In this document: positions 19,049 to 28,582 of the stretch, in pieces
How positions within the stretch are numbered: the stretch's first letter is position 1
How the letters are laid out: each line of letters begins with the position of its first letter
Assembly (NCBI GenBank): GCA_965217185.1
Contig: OZ244252.1
Location: 1,824,001 to 1,888,000, forward strand
DNA length: 64,000 bases
Reading direction: 5' to 3'
Source: an uncultured Candidatus Entotheonella sp.
GTDB taxonomy: Bacteria > Tectomicrobia > Entotheonellia > Entotheonellales > Entotheonellaceae
The notes under the pieces: generated by a model
What the model was told of the DNA's origin: nothing
The model's database searches: none
What the model saw: the letters and a program-made list of their open reading frames with translations, nothing else
Position numbers and translations under genes: made by a program

Positions 19049-22000
19049 CTACGGCCACAGGAAGTCCGCCGCCAACAGGTCCGCCACCGCGATGCCTTCC
19101 AACCGCACCGTGCCGCCGCCGTGGGCGCGCAGGTCCAGGATCGTCGCGCTGCCGTCCGCCGTCAGCTTCAGCGACGCGAAACCCTTAAGGCCCGCGAAGG
19201 CGCTCAGGTCGATGCGGTCGCCCTCCTCGGGGGTGAAGTCGGTGATCGTGTCGGCACCGTCACCGGCGGCGAACACGAACGTATCGGCGCCCGTACCGCC
19301 CGTCAGGCTGTCCGCGCCGCCGTCGCCGTAGAGCGTGTCATCGTCCGCGCCGCCTTGCAGCACGTCGTTGCCGCCGTCGCCTTGCAGCACGTCGTGGCCG
19401 CCGCCGCCGTACAGGAGGTCGTCGCCGCTGCCGCCGTACAGATCGTCGTCACCCGACGCCGCGCCTCTGCCGTTGCTGTCGCCGTAGAGCACGTCGTGGC
19501 CGCCGCCGCCGTAGAGCGTGTCGTCGCCGCTGCCGCCGTGCAGGGTGTCGCGGCCGCCGCCGCCGTCCAGGGTATCGTCGCCGCCGTTGCCGAGCAGTAT
19601 GTCATCGCCCGCTCGCCCGCTCAGCGTGTCGTCGTCTGCGGTACCGGTGAGGCGCCGCGCGGTCGCCGGACCCAGCAGCGTCGTCGACATCGTCGCCGAC
19701 AGCGCCCGCCCGTCGCCGGTGCACACCGCCCCGGCGGTGCCGCAGGCGCGCCCGCCCGCCAGCGTCACCGTCACGTCGCCAAGCGAATCCGGCTTGACCG
19801 TCACCTCCCACAGGTCCTTGCGCCGGTCTACCCGCTTCGCTCTGGTCACGCTGCCGCCGGACACCGATAACGACTGGTCGCGGAACGTCCGGAAGCTGAT
19901 CGAGATGCCCTCGCTGAACGCGATCCTGAGCTTGAACGCCGTCTTCCCGTCATGCTCCGCCGGCACCTCCACGAAACTCGCCGTCAGCGGCACGACCGCA
20001 GGGCCGGCGACGGTCGCCGACGGGCTGTTCGTCAGCGTACGCGGGTTGTTCCCGTAGGTGCACACCGCCCCGGCCGTGCCGCAGGCACGGTTGCCCGGCA
20101 GCGTGATCGTCACAGCCTCATTCGAGTCAGGCTTGGCCGTGATCTTCCATCGGTCGAGGTGGCCGTTGACGCGGCGTGCGCCGGTCACCTCGCCCCCGTC
20201 CACCGTGAACGAGGCGCTCCGCAGCGTCTGGGTGTCCTTGCTGAACACCACCCGGAACGTGAACGTGCGGCCCTCCCCGTCATGCGTCCTCTCGAGGCCC
20301 TCGAACGCAGCCGTGAACGGTATCGGGCCCGGGCCCTCGATCGTCGTCGAAATCCCCCGCGCCAGCGAACGCCCGTCCGCCGTGCAGATCGCCCCCGGCT
20401 CGTCGCACGGACGCCACGCTTCGATCCGCATCTTCAGGTCGTCGCCCGAACGCGGCTGGAGCTCGAAATCCCACACGACCTCTCCGGCATTCCGGCCACC
20501 CGGCACCTGGCCGCTCACGGGGCGCACCGACGTCACCCGTCCGCCCTCGACCTCCACACCGTGCTCGCCCACGTTCTCCGGGGTCTCGTCGAGCGCCTCG
20601 CTGAACGCCACCTGCACGTTGACCCGCTTCTTGCCGTCGTGGCGCGGCGGCGGCGACACGAACCGGCCGCTCAGCGCCCGCCTGCCGCCCACAATCTCCT
20701 CTACCTCCGCCGTGTAGCTGCCGACGCGATACCTGCGGGCGTCGCCGGGGCGATCCGTCGTGGCAACCCGGAATCGCCACGTCTGCACCCCCGAGTCCGG
20801 CGGGTGCGCCCGAAGATCGATGACGAAGGCCTGGAACTCATAATCGACGATGAAAAGACTGGTAGAGATGACAGGCAGATCCACCCGCTTGGTGTGGCCG
20901 TTGACCCACGGTCGGGCCATGTTGTGCGAGTGGTAGCGGCCGAACAACGGCTTGTAGGCAAATTGGATCGCCGGCGTCGACGCCGTGCCGTCGCCGGTCT
21001 CGCGGCCGAGGACCCGTACGACGTACCGCTTGCCCGGCTGTACCTCGACCTCGAACTGGTCGGCCTCGCCGTAGGAGCCGAGCACGGCCCGCTGCGGCGT
21101 GCCGACGGTCACGGGCATGTTCCAGGGCTCGTCCTCCGTTTCCGGCAGGAAAATGATCCGCATCCCGCCCACCTTCGGCCTGTCCCGCTCGCTAGAGGGA
21201 GCGGCCCAGGGCTTGTCGGGCGGGACCCCGGCCTTGGAGATCGCGATCTGGTGCTCGCCCGTCTCCTGCGCCGTGATGAGAGGCCGGAGGTGATTGGTGG
21301 AGATCACGTCCACGACAAAGTCCGCGATCTTCGTGCCGCCCGGAGCCGTGACCTCCACGCGGTGGTACGCCGCCACGCCGACGACGGCAAACAGATACTC
21401 GGCGTCCGCCCCGAGGTCGGCCGTGAACACCTTCTGATCGCGAAGCGAATCGAGGCGCGACTCCGTCCTGCCGTACACGAGTGGGCCCGCAGCCTGGGGC
21501 ACAAGCGTCGGCGTCGTCCCGCTGACCACGTTGCTGTTGGCGCTTTCGCCGTTATCGTTGAAGGACCGGACCCGGTAGTGGCGCGTGGTCCCGGGCGTGA
21601 TGGTGTTGTCGTTGAAGTGCGACTGGAATGTCACGTGCAAGTAGTCCCGGACCGGGTTGATGACGTTCACGACCGACGTCCACGGCTCGTTGCCGTCGTC
21701 GGACCCTTCGATGTACCACCCCGTGAGTCCCGACGAACCCCCGGGCACATCCCAGTCGAGAGAGATCCGCGTCGGCGCTTTCACCTCCGCGGTCAGGTTG
21801 GTGGGCGCGGCCGGCAAGGCCAGGCCCTTAATCGCAAACATTACGGAGGTTGCGTCGTTGCTCCAGCTCTGCGACGACAAGCTTTTCCAGAGCGAGGCGC
21901 CTCCGATGGACCAATTCGGATCGCTCGGAGTGGCCGTTTCTCTGTTCGTGCTCGTTCGAGCCACTTGTACGCGGTTGCTACTTGCCTGTGCCTTCCCGTC

Positions 22001-22855
22001 GTTGACAACCACCCAATAAACCGTGTTCGGGGTCAGCGTCGTACCGTCAGATGCGGTGAATGTGTTATCACTGTTTGATGATAGGGCCCCCGGAGTGGTC
22101 AGGTTTTCCAGACCACCGCCCGGCGCGCCGCTACGGTCATGCCTGACCCTTACCAGTGTGCCGGAAGCGTTGCTGCCCACAGCACGCAATTTGACAATTA
22201 CCTCTGTAAGCGTGTATCCGCCGGGATTGGATCCAGTTGTGAAGCTGTTTGCCCGAATTACGTCGTTCTGACCCGATCTGTTCTCTCCTAGGTTCGACAC
22301 GAACGTCGTCTCTGTCTGTGCCTGGGCCGTGGGCGCAGCGGCGAGCGCGAACGCTACGAGCAGCGCCGCGGCGGCCAGCGCGCGTGCGGAGCGGAGGAGG
22401 CCGCGCCGCTCGCCGGCGAGGCGCGCGAGACCCGCCGGCCGGCCGGTGGCGGGCGGTGCTGCTCCCGAGGCGCCGTCATGGCATCGGCTCGGCTCGGCTC
22501 GGCTCGGCTCGGCTCGGCTCGGCTCGGCTCGGCTCGGCTCGGCTCGGCTCGGCTCGGCTCGGCTCGGCTCGGCTCGGCTCGGCTCGGCTCGGCTCGGCTC
22601 GGCTCGGCTCGGCTCGGCTCGGCTCGGCTCGGCTCGGCTCGGCTCGGCTCGGCTCGGCTCGGCTCGGCTCGGCTCGGCTCGGCTCGGCTCGGCTCGGCTC
22701 GGCTCGGCTCGGCTCGGCTCGGCTCGGCTCGGCTCGGCTCGGCTCGGCTCGGCTCGGCTCTCAAGATGAAAACCGCATTCCGGGGATGTCAAGCCCTTTT
22801 TGACGGGGGCGGCGCCGGGCCTCCCGGACATGCCGCTGAGGCGCCGTGCCTGCAT
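19049..22855 (-). CDS. Large secreted surface protein with an FN3 domain, three Cys-containing repeats and C-terminal RTX calcium-binding repeats
   Basis: PAAPTNLTA...YRVRSFN FN3 domain; repeated C.xxGA(V/I)CT modules; GG.GDD.L.G nonapeptides; DTITDF; GAGGAG RBS before ATG 22855. Confidence 0.8.
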   Translation of the reverse strand: MQARRLSGMSGRPGAAPVKKGLTSPECGFHLESRAEPSRAEPSRAEPSRAEPSRAEPSRAEPSRAEPSRAEPSRAEPSRAEPSRAEPSRAEPSRAEPSRAEPSRAEPSRAEPSRAEPSRAEPSRCHDGASGAAPPATGRPAGLARLAGERRGLLRSARALAAAALLVAFALAAAPTAQAQTETTFVSNLGENRSGQNDVIRANSFTTGSNPGGYTLTEVIVKLRAVGSNASGTLVRVRHDRSGAPGGGLENLTTPGALSSNSDNTFTASDGTTLTPNTVYWVVVNDGKAQASSNRVQVARTSTNRETATPSDPNWSIGGASLWKSLSSQSWSNDATSVMFAIKGLALPAAPTNLTAEVKAPTRISLDWDVPGGSSGLTGWYIEGSDDGNEPWTSVVNVINPVRDYLHVTFQSHFNDNTITPGTTRHYRVRSFNDNGESANSNVVSGTTPTLVPQAAGPLVYGRTESRLDSLRDQKVFTADLGADAEYLFAVVGVAAYHRVEVTAPGGTKIADFVVDVISTNHLRPLITAQETGEHQIAISKAGVPPDKPWAAPSSERDRPKVGGMRIIFLPETEDEPWNMPVTVGTPQRAVLGSYGEADQFEVEVQPGKRYVVRVLGRETGDGTASTPAIQFAYKPLFGRYHSHNMARPWVNGHTKRVDLPVISTSLFIVDYEFQAFVIDLRAHPPDSGVQTWRFRVATTDRPGDARRYRVGSYTAEVEEIVGGRRALSGRFVSPPPRHDGKKRVNVQVAFSEALDETPENVGEHGVEVEGGRVTSVRPVSGQVPGGRNAGEVVWDFELQPRSGDDLKMRIEAWRPCDEPGAICTADGRSLARGISTTIEGPGPIPFTAAFEGLERTHDGEGRTFTFRVVFSKDTQTLRSASFTVDGGEVTGARRVNGHLDRWKITAKPDSNEAVTITLPGNRACGTAGAVCTYGNNPRTLTNSPSATVAGPAVVPLTASFVEVPAEHDGKTAFKLRIAFSEGISISFRTFRDQSLSVSGGSVTRAKRVDRRKDLWEVTVKPDSLGDVTVTLAGGRACGTAGAVCTGDGRALSATMSTTLLGPATARRLTGTADDDTLSGRAGDDILLGNGGDDTLDGGGGRDTLHGGSGDDTLYGGGGHDVLYGDSNGRGAASGDDDLYGGSGDDLLYGGGGHDVLQGDGGNDVLQGGADDDTLYGDGGADSLTGGTGADTFVFAAGDGADTITDFTPEEGDRIDLSAFAGLKGFASLKLTADGSATILDLRAHGGGTVRLEGIAVADLLAADFLWP
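22486..22760. repeat. Pentanucleotide microsatellite (GGCTC)55
   Basis: 275 nt of perfect GGCTC repeats, encoding (AEPSR)n in the RTX gene. Confidence 0.95.
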
Positions 22856-23152
22856 GGCCCGCTCCTCTTCACGTGCAAAGCCGTTCGCAGTTTCGACCTC
22901 GCCCGTCGCCGAACTTCCTGCCGTCACACTGCCTGTCGCGCTGATCCTGTCAGACATACTGTGCTTCCCCCTTCGTGAGATGGATGCGGCTTTTCCCCGC
23001 CGGCAGAATCTCTGCTCACGTCGCTGCCGTGACCAACCGTGTATCCGAACGTGCCGGCCCGCGCCGCCATCGTCACCGGCCCGCGGGTCTCCGCGCCGGA
23101 GGGAGACGCACTATACACGAAAATGAAAAACGAAATACCTCCCATATGGGAG

Positions 23153-24176
23153 GGTAGTGGCTCAGCTTGAGTGCGACCTGAAGTCGCATTATGTGAGTGA
23201 TTCCCACAAGGAATCCTGGCCAGTGTGCAGGCCAGTCGCCGACCTCGCATGCGCCGCTGGTAACGGCGGGGTGTGAAGCCGAGGCCAAAAGCCTAATGGC
23301 AACGGTAGCCATAACCGAACCCAGGGCAAGGCGAAGAACGGTAAGGTGAACGTAAGTGAACCTTCGTCTGAAGCGTCGTCAAGCCAAGCTGTCGAAACGT
23401 GGACGATACGGCAGTATCGGGTCATACGTGAAAAGGGGATTTCAAACGCCCCTGTACGCACACCATAGGCCCCGGCGTATAGAAGGCACCTAAGCCGCCC
23501 GTATCTCAACAATGCGAAACAGGACAACCCCGTTGAGGTCTGGTCTTTGAACCAGCAGCCCGACCGTAAGGAAAGGTCAACTCCTCAGCGGGCACAGGAG
23601 GTTGCAAGAAGCGAAGGCCAGCCGCCGAAAGGCAAAGCGAAACCATAAGCTGCTGGATAGGGCACATAGCCAACCCGAAAGGGTGCTGACGTGCAACTGG
23701 TGAGCTAGCCTTGAAACATGGCAACGATGGCAAATTCTTGGCGGATGTTAGATGCACGGGTAACCGTTGCAAACAGAGCCAAGACACCAGCATAGCCGGT
23801 GCGCCATTCGAGACTGTGAACTCAAGGGCCTTGTGAAGGCTTAATTGGCTTGCTTGAGCCGTGTGCGGTGAAAGCTGCAAGCACGGTTCTTAGGGGAGGG
23901 GGTGACAGCGATGCTACCCCCTTACCCGACAAAGACTGGCTCACGTGTCCCAGACGGGTTGCACGTTCGGTCGTCCGGCGCCGGTTTCCCCCTCACCCCG
24001 ACCCTCTCCCACCAGGGGAGAGGGGGAGACCCCCAGTCCGGCTCACCCCGACCCTCTCCCACCAGGGGAGAGGAGGGGGGACCCCCAGTCCGGGTCCCCT
24101 CCCCCCTCCGTGGGGGAGGGCTAGGGAGAGGGGGAAGCGTTGGTGTGAGAAGGAAATTTGAAAGTGAGCCACTACC
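23153..24176. mobile_element. MITE copy 2, interrupted by a group II intron
   Basis: GGTAGTGGCTCAGCTTGA|intron|AAAGACTGGCTC... matches copy 1 GGTAGTGGCTCAGTTTGA|AAAGACTGGCTC; it has two hairpin units instead of three. Confidence 0.85.
23171..23930 (+). ncRNA. ORF-less group II intron (760 nt, IIB-like)
   Basis: 5' GTGCG; domain V GAGCCGTGTGCGGTGAAAGCTGCAAGCACGGTTC (23856-23889) with the AGC triad; domain VI with bulged A (23924); 3' end GAC; boundaries confirmed by the empty MITE copy; no RT ORF. Confidence 0.92.
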
Positions 24177-24296
24177 GGAATGCGCGAACCATGGACGGGC
24201 AAGCGCCGGCCTGTTGACATGAGTCGCTTCGGTGACGTAGGTTTGCGTCCTTCTCAGCCGCAAGCGGAGCGACTCCATCTGAAGCAAGGCCCGCCA

Positions 24297-25199
24297 GTGA
24301 CCGAAATCAACACCCCTCCGAATGACTCCCCAAGTCGTGATGTTGAGATCCTGATCGGCGACAGCCGCGACGTGCTGAGCCGGCTGGAAGCCCAGTCCGT
24401 GCAATGCTGCGTCACCTCGCCGCCCTATTGGGGGTTGAGGGACTACGACCATGCCGAGCAAATTGGCGCTGAAGCCTCTCCTGATGACTACGTGGAGAAT
24501 CTGGTGCGGATTTTCCGCGAAGTACGTCGGGTGCTGCGTGACGACGGGACGCTGTGGCTGAACGTCGGGGATGGATACGCCCGCAACGGCGGCACCGGGA
24601 AAAGTGGCCCCAACGCGCAGGTCGGCAACACGAGGAAGCTGATCCAAAGGCGTAATTGTGACGTGCCGGACTGCTGGGGGTTGAAGGACCGCGATTTGAT
24701 GGGATTGCCCTGGCGGGTAGCGTTTGCGTTGCAAGCGGACGGCTGGCTGCTGCGCTCCAGGATAACCTGGGTAAAGAAAGCGCCCATGCCGGAGAGCGTC
24801 AAGAATCGCCCCTCGAATGCTACCGAAGACGTGTTTCTGCTCTGCAAGACCCCGACGTATTTTTACGACAACCAAGCTGTCCGCGAAGAGAGTGGCGCCA
24901 ATCTCAGAAACTACTGGATGCTGGGTCCCGACCCCGGCGGAACGTCTCACCCCGCTGTCTTCCCCAGAGAACTGGTCCGCCGTTGCGTGCTCTTGAGCAG
25001 CCGCCCTGGAGACCTGGTTCTGGACCCCTTTTCCGGCTCCGGAACCACGGGGGTTGTGGCCGTGGAACTGAATCGCCGAGCGGTTCTCATCGAACTGAAC
25101 GAAACCTACGCCATACAGTCCAAAGCGCGTCTTGACAGCGGCCTGCAGCGAACCCTCTTCACCCAGCCAGGGCAGCCTGCGGTGCGGGTTAAGCGATGA
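24297..25199 (+). CDS. Beta-class N4-C/N6-A DNA methyltransferase (orphan)
   Basis: CCVTSPPYWGLRDY precedes HPAVFP and VLDPFSGSGTT; start uncertain (ATG 24219 is an alternative). Confidence 0.9.
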   Translation: MTEINTPPNDSPSRDVEILIGDSRDVLSRLEAQSVQCCVTSPPYWGLRDYDHAEQIGAEASPDDYVENLVRIFREVRRVLRDDGTLWLNVGDGYARNGGTGKSGPNAQVGNTRKLIQRRNCDVPDCWGLKDRDLMGLPWRVAFALQADGWLLRSRITWVKKAPMPESVKNRPSNATEDVFLLCKTPTYFYDNQAVREESGANLRNYWMLGPDPGGTSHPAVFPRELVRRCVLLSSRPGDLVLDPFSGSGTTGVVAVELNRRAVLIELNETYAIQSKARLDSGLQRTLFTQPGQPAVRVKR

Positions 25200-25333
25200 C
25201 GACCCTTCCGCAACTGCGACGAACCTATCACAACGAGATTGCTCTTCAGATTACGGGACATCAGCGACCTGCCGTTTGACCTCGCTGTTTGACGATTCCG
25301 CTGTGCAAGTTTGGTGATGGGCAGTCCAATTGT

Positions 25334-26131
25334 TCAATCGCTATCTATCGGAGGTTGGAAACCGGGTATGGACCTGACGAGCATGGACACGACTGCGGGT
25401 GGCGCCTTCGCGGCCAAGTCTGCAAGGATGCCTTGGAGGGCCTGGTCAGGACTCCGGCCCTGCAGCAGTTCCTCGGGTGATACGGAATCGTCCCCGTCAG
25501 CATCGTAGGAGCCGATCAAGTGGGTGACAACGAAGGGGCCCACTGCGGAAGCCGCGAGTTGGGCGATGAGGAGCTTGTCCAACGATACGAACGCTTCTCG
25601 CTGCCGGGCGACAACCCCCTGATAGGCAATGAAGAAACTCGCCGCGCGCATCGCTTGCCGAAGCTCGGCACGGGAAAATACTCCGTCCCCGGTGACGTCG
25701 ATCAGGTCGGTAACAACCGCGACACACCGTGTCGTGATGCCGTCCATGCGCCTGCACAGCGTGACGAAATCATCGAGTCCACTGAAAACGGTAACGACGT
25801 CGGCCAACAGGAGGGACATGGACCCCGGCAGAGCGTCGCATGGCTCGAGGTTATCCACGGACAGGACCCGTTCATGCGCTTCGCCTTTCACCCTCAGGAT
25901 CAAGGATCCGCCCACCCATTCAGCCGGGACCACCGCCACCCGGGTTGCCAACCCCTCCCCTTCGATCATCAGGGCGATACGCGCATTCACGAGGAGCGTG
26001 AGACCACCCTTACCGCATCCTACCGTGCTCCAGATGCCCGCCACCCGCTCTGGCGCGAGCTCGGCTGTGGATGACGAGCCGGAAAATAAGAGGACCGCAA
26101 GGCCAGCCATCAAGAAAGTAGAACACCTCAT
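25334..26131 (-). CDS. Secreted hypothetical protein with two EF-hand-like motifs
   Basis: Signal peptide; DVTGDGVFSRAE and DADGDDSVSPEE. Confidence 0.6.
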   Translation of the reverse strand: MRCSTFLMAGLAVLLFSGSSSTAELAPERVAGIWSTVGCGKGGLTLLVNARIALMIEGEGLATRVAVVPAEWVGGSLILRVKGEAHERVLSVDNLEPCDALPGSMSLLLADVVTVFSGLDDFVTLCRRMDGITTRCVAVVTDLIDVTGDGVFSRAELRQAMRAASFFIAYQGVVARQREAFVSLDKLLIAQLAASAVGPFVVTHLIGSYDADGDDSVSPEELLQGRSPDQALQGILADLAAKAPPAVVSMLVRSIPGFQPPIDSD

Positions 26132-26347
26132 CCATTTTCCTCCTGATTGTCACCCCCAACGGGGTCCGTTATGCAAGCGTTCGTCTTGGTCATCATACCC
26201 CAACGTCCGCGAAGGTCTGCTGCCGCCCAGCCCCGCAGGCCGCCTGCAAATGGCATTCCACCGCACCATGCGGTACAATCGCAGCCCGCCGAACGGCCTC
26301 ACGCATCCACGACCTACCGAGTTGCAACCCACAATGAGAACGGCGCC

Positions 26348-27133
26348 GTGACGGATGTTTCCCGCAGGGCATGGCTGAAACGCATGATGGAAGATACGGA
26401 CACGTGGCGAGGCTGGGTTTTCGACCACGTGGTTAAGGGCTTGATCGTCTTCTCGATCATCAGCTATGCCGTCGAGACGTTGCCGGATTTGTCCCCCCGT
26501 ATGCAGGACTTCCTATATGCCCTGGAAGTGACCGTCGTTATCATTTTCACCGTGGAGTACGCCCTGCGGATCTATGTTGCCGACAACAGGCGGGCCTACA
26601 TATTCAGCCTGCTAGGCATCATCGATCTGCTGGCCGTTTTGCCGTTTTACATTCTCCTTGGCGGCGCCGATTCCCGCGTTGTGCGGGCCATGCGCCTGTT
26701 GCGGATTGCCAGAACGCTCAAGCTGGTCCGTTACAACCAGGCGGCTGACCGACTGCTGCGGGCCGTGGTCATTGCCAAGGAAGAAATCGTGCTGTTTTTC
26801 TTCCTCACAGCCGTGTCCCTCTACCTTGCCGCCAGCGGTATTCACTACTTCGAAAGTGAGGTGCAGCCCGACAAATTCGGCTCGGTTTTCCATGGCCTGT
26901 GGTGGGCCGTCGTGACCCTGACCACCGTGGGCTACGGCGATGTCTATCCGGTAACCATGGGTGGGCGGTTATTCACCTTTTTCATCCTCATGATCGGCAT
27001 GGGCATCATCGCCGTGCCCCCCGGCATCATTTCCTCCGCCCTCTCCAAGGCCCGGCAGGAGCAGGAAAAGGTCGATGAATCCAAATCCTCGAAGCAGGGC
27101 ACAGAAAAGCAACCCACAGAGATGGACACGTAG
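26348..27133 (+). CDS. Voltage-gated potassium channel
   Basis: S4 RVVRAMRLLRIARTLKLVR and the TTVGYGD selectivity filter. Confidence 0.92.
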   Translation: MTDVSRRAWLKRMMEDTDTWRGWVFDHVVKGLIVFSIISYAVETLPDLSPRMQDFLYALEVTVVIIFTVEYALRIYVADNRRAYIFSLLGIIDLLAVLPFYILLGGADSRVVRAMRLLRIARTLKLVRYNQAADRLLRAVVIAKEEIVLFFFLTAVSLYLAASGIHYFESEVQPDKFGSVFHGLWWAVVTLTTVGYGDVYPVTMGGRLFTFFILMIGMGIIAVPPGIISSALSKARQEQEKVDESKSSKQGTEKQPTEMDT

Positions 27134-27162
27134 CGCGCTGTCCCCATCCCGGAAAAGCCCCG

Positions 27163-28191
27163 ATGCTTGACCTGGAACGTCTGAACATTGATACGGAGGC
27201 GTCCTTTGAGGACGCAAACAACCTGCTGTACCGGCTGGGGGTTACGGACGGCTTGCCCGTGATGCCGCCGACCGGGGCGCGCGTGGCGGCGATGGTCGGA
27301 GAGCGGAATCCATCGCGGACAGTGGCAACGCTGCCGCCGATGCAAGGGCAGGCAACGGTGCGAGGCTTGGCCATCTGCGCGGTCATGGCGGGGTGCCGAC
27401 CTGATGAATTCGACGTTCTGCAGGCGGCAACAGCGGCGGTGGCGGATCCGGCGTTCAACCTGTTTGGTATTCAGACAACAACCGGCACGGTGACGCCGCT
27501 GCTCATCGTCAACGGCCCGGTGATACAACGCCTGGGGCTGAACACCGCGGCCAATGCGCTGGGACCGGGAACGCGGGCCAACGCCACGATCGGACGGGCA
27601 CTGCAGTTCGTGCTGCGAACGATTGGCGGTGCCCAACCCGGGCGTGGCGACAAAGCTACGATGGGACAGCCGGGCAAGTTCACTTTTTGCTGCGCGGAAA
27701 ATGCCCTGGCGAGCCCGTGGGAAGCGCTGCACGTTTGGCGGGGATTTGCGGCGGAACAAAGCACGGTGACCGTGGTCGGGGCCACGGGCACGATCGAGGT
27801 CGTGGACGCCGACAGCGTCGATGCCGAGGGGGTGCTCACCACCATGGCGCATTCGATGGCCATCGCCGGCAACTTGGGAAGGGATGGCCTGCTGGGCAGC
27901 GGCGAGCCGCTGCTGTTGGTGGCGCCGGAACACGCCGAGATCATTGCGCGGACGCACAGCCGCCGGCAGGCACAGACTTTTCTGTTCGAGCACGCCCGGT
28001 TGCCGGTCGGGGCACTGGCACCGGCTCAGGCGGCGCGCCTGCGGGGAACTTCGGTGACGGAATTGGCAGTCGCGCCATGCCCGGAGGCCATCATGCTGGT
28101 GGTGCTGGGCGGGTCGGGAGCCAAATCGACCTACGTGCCGACGTGGGGCGGCGGCACACGGGCTGTAACTCGGGTCGTTGAAGCAGGTTGA
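27163..28191 (+). CDS. Conserved hypothetical protein (TDGLPVxPPT family)
   Basis: TDGLPVMPPT, AVMAGC, RANATIGRALQ and D.ATMGQPGK..C.AEN motifs. Confidence 0.7.
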   Translation: MLDLERLNIDTEASFEDANNLLYRLGVTDGLPVMPPTGARVAAMVGERNPSRTVATLPPMQGQATVRGLAICAVMAGCRPDEFDVLQAATAAVADPAFNLFGIQTTTGTVTPLLIVNGPVIQRLGLNTAANALGPGTRANATIGRALQFVLRTIGGAQPGRGDKATMGQPGKFTFCCAENALASPWEALHVWRGFAAEQSTVTVVGATGTIEVVDADSVDAEGVLTTMAHSMAIAGNLGRDGLLGSGEPLLLVAPEHAEIIARTHSRRQAQTFLFEHARLPVGALAPAQAARLRGTSVTELAVAPCPEAIMLVVLGGSGAKSTYVPTWGGGTRAVTRVVEAG

Positions 28192-28280
28192 CGGGGACGT
28201 TACACTTTGGCGCGCGGCGATTGAGCTATGCAAGCAGCCGCATGGTCATCAAAACGAATGAAACGCTCAAGGGAACTGGC

Positions 28281-28550
28281 ATGCCAAAAGCAGGATTGGT
28301 CGGCGTAATTTTCGGCGTGGCCATAGTCGGGCTGGTACTTTATCTGTCACTCAGCTTCGACCAGGTCAGATGCGACGTGTGCGTCGAATACAAAGGGCGA
28401 ACCCAATGCCGCTCGGCCGAAGGAATCGACGCCGAAACCGCCTCACGCACGGCACGCGACAACGCCTGCGCCTTCCTGATCAGCAGCAAAACCGACGCCT
28501 TTCTGTGCGGCCAGGGAACGCCGAAAAGCGTCAGTTGCCAACCCCGGTAG
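28281..28550 (+). CDS. Small membrane-anchored Cys-rich protein
   Basis: One TM helix followed by six Cys; lies directly upstream of a TlpA gene. Confidence 0.6.
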   Translation: MPKAGLVGVIFGVAIVGLVLYLSLSFDQVRCDVCVEYKGRTQCRSAEGIDAETASRTARDNACAFLISSKTDAFLCGQGTPKSVSCQPR

Positions 28551-28582
28551 CCCGATCAAACCTCACACGGAACACGTAAGCC

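Larger units (their letters stand above)
17551..24176. mobile_element. Non-autonomous MITE-bounded composite element with 8-bp target site duplication GGAATGCG
   Basis: Directly repeated MITE copies at both ends; GGAATGCG at 17543-17550 and 24177-24184; no transposase inside. Confidence 0.8.

Noticed and set aside
22249..22978. Plus-strand (LGSAR)n ORFs
   Set aside because: They result from a stop-free microsatellite; the coding strand is minus.
23189..23880. Short ORFs within the intron
   Set aside because: No RT or maturase motifs; they are antisense to the ribozyme.
24208..24220. 13-nt match GGCCTGTTGACAT to the TIR of the 49467 MITE
   Set aside because: No partner inverted end and no CTAG duplication.
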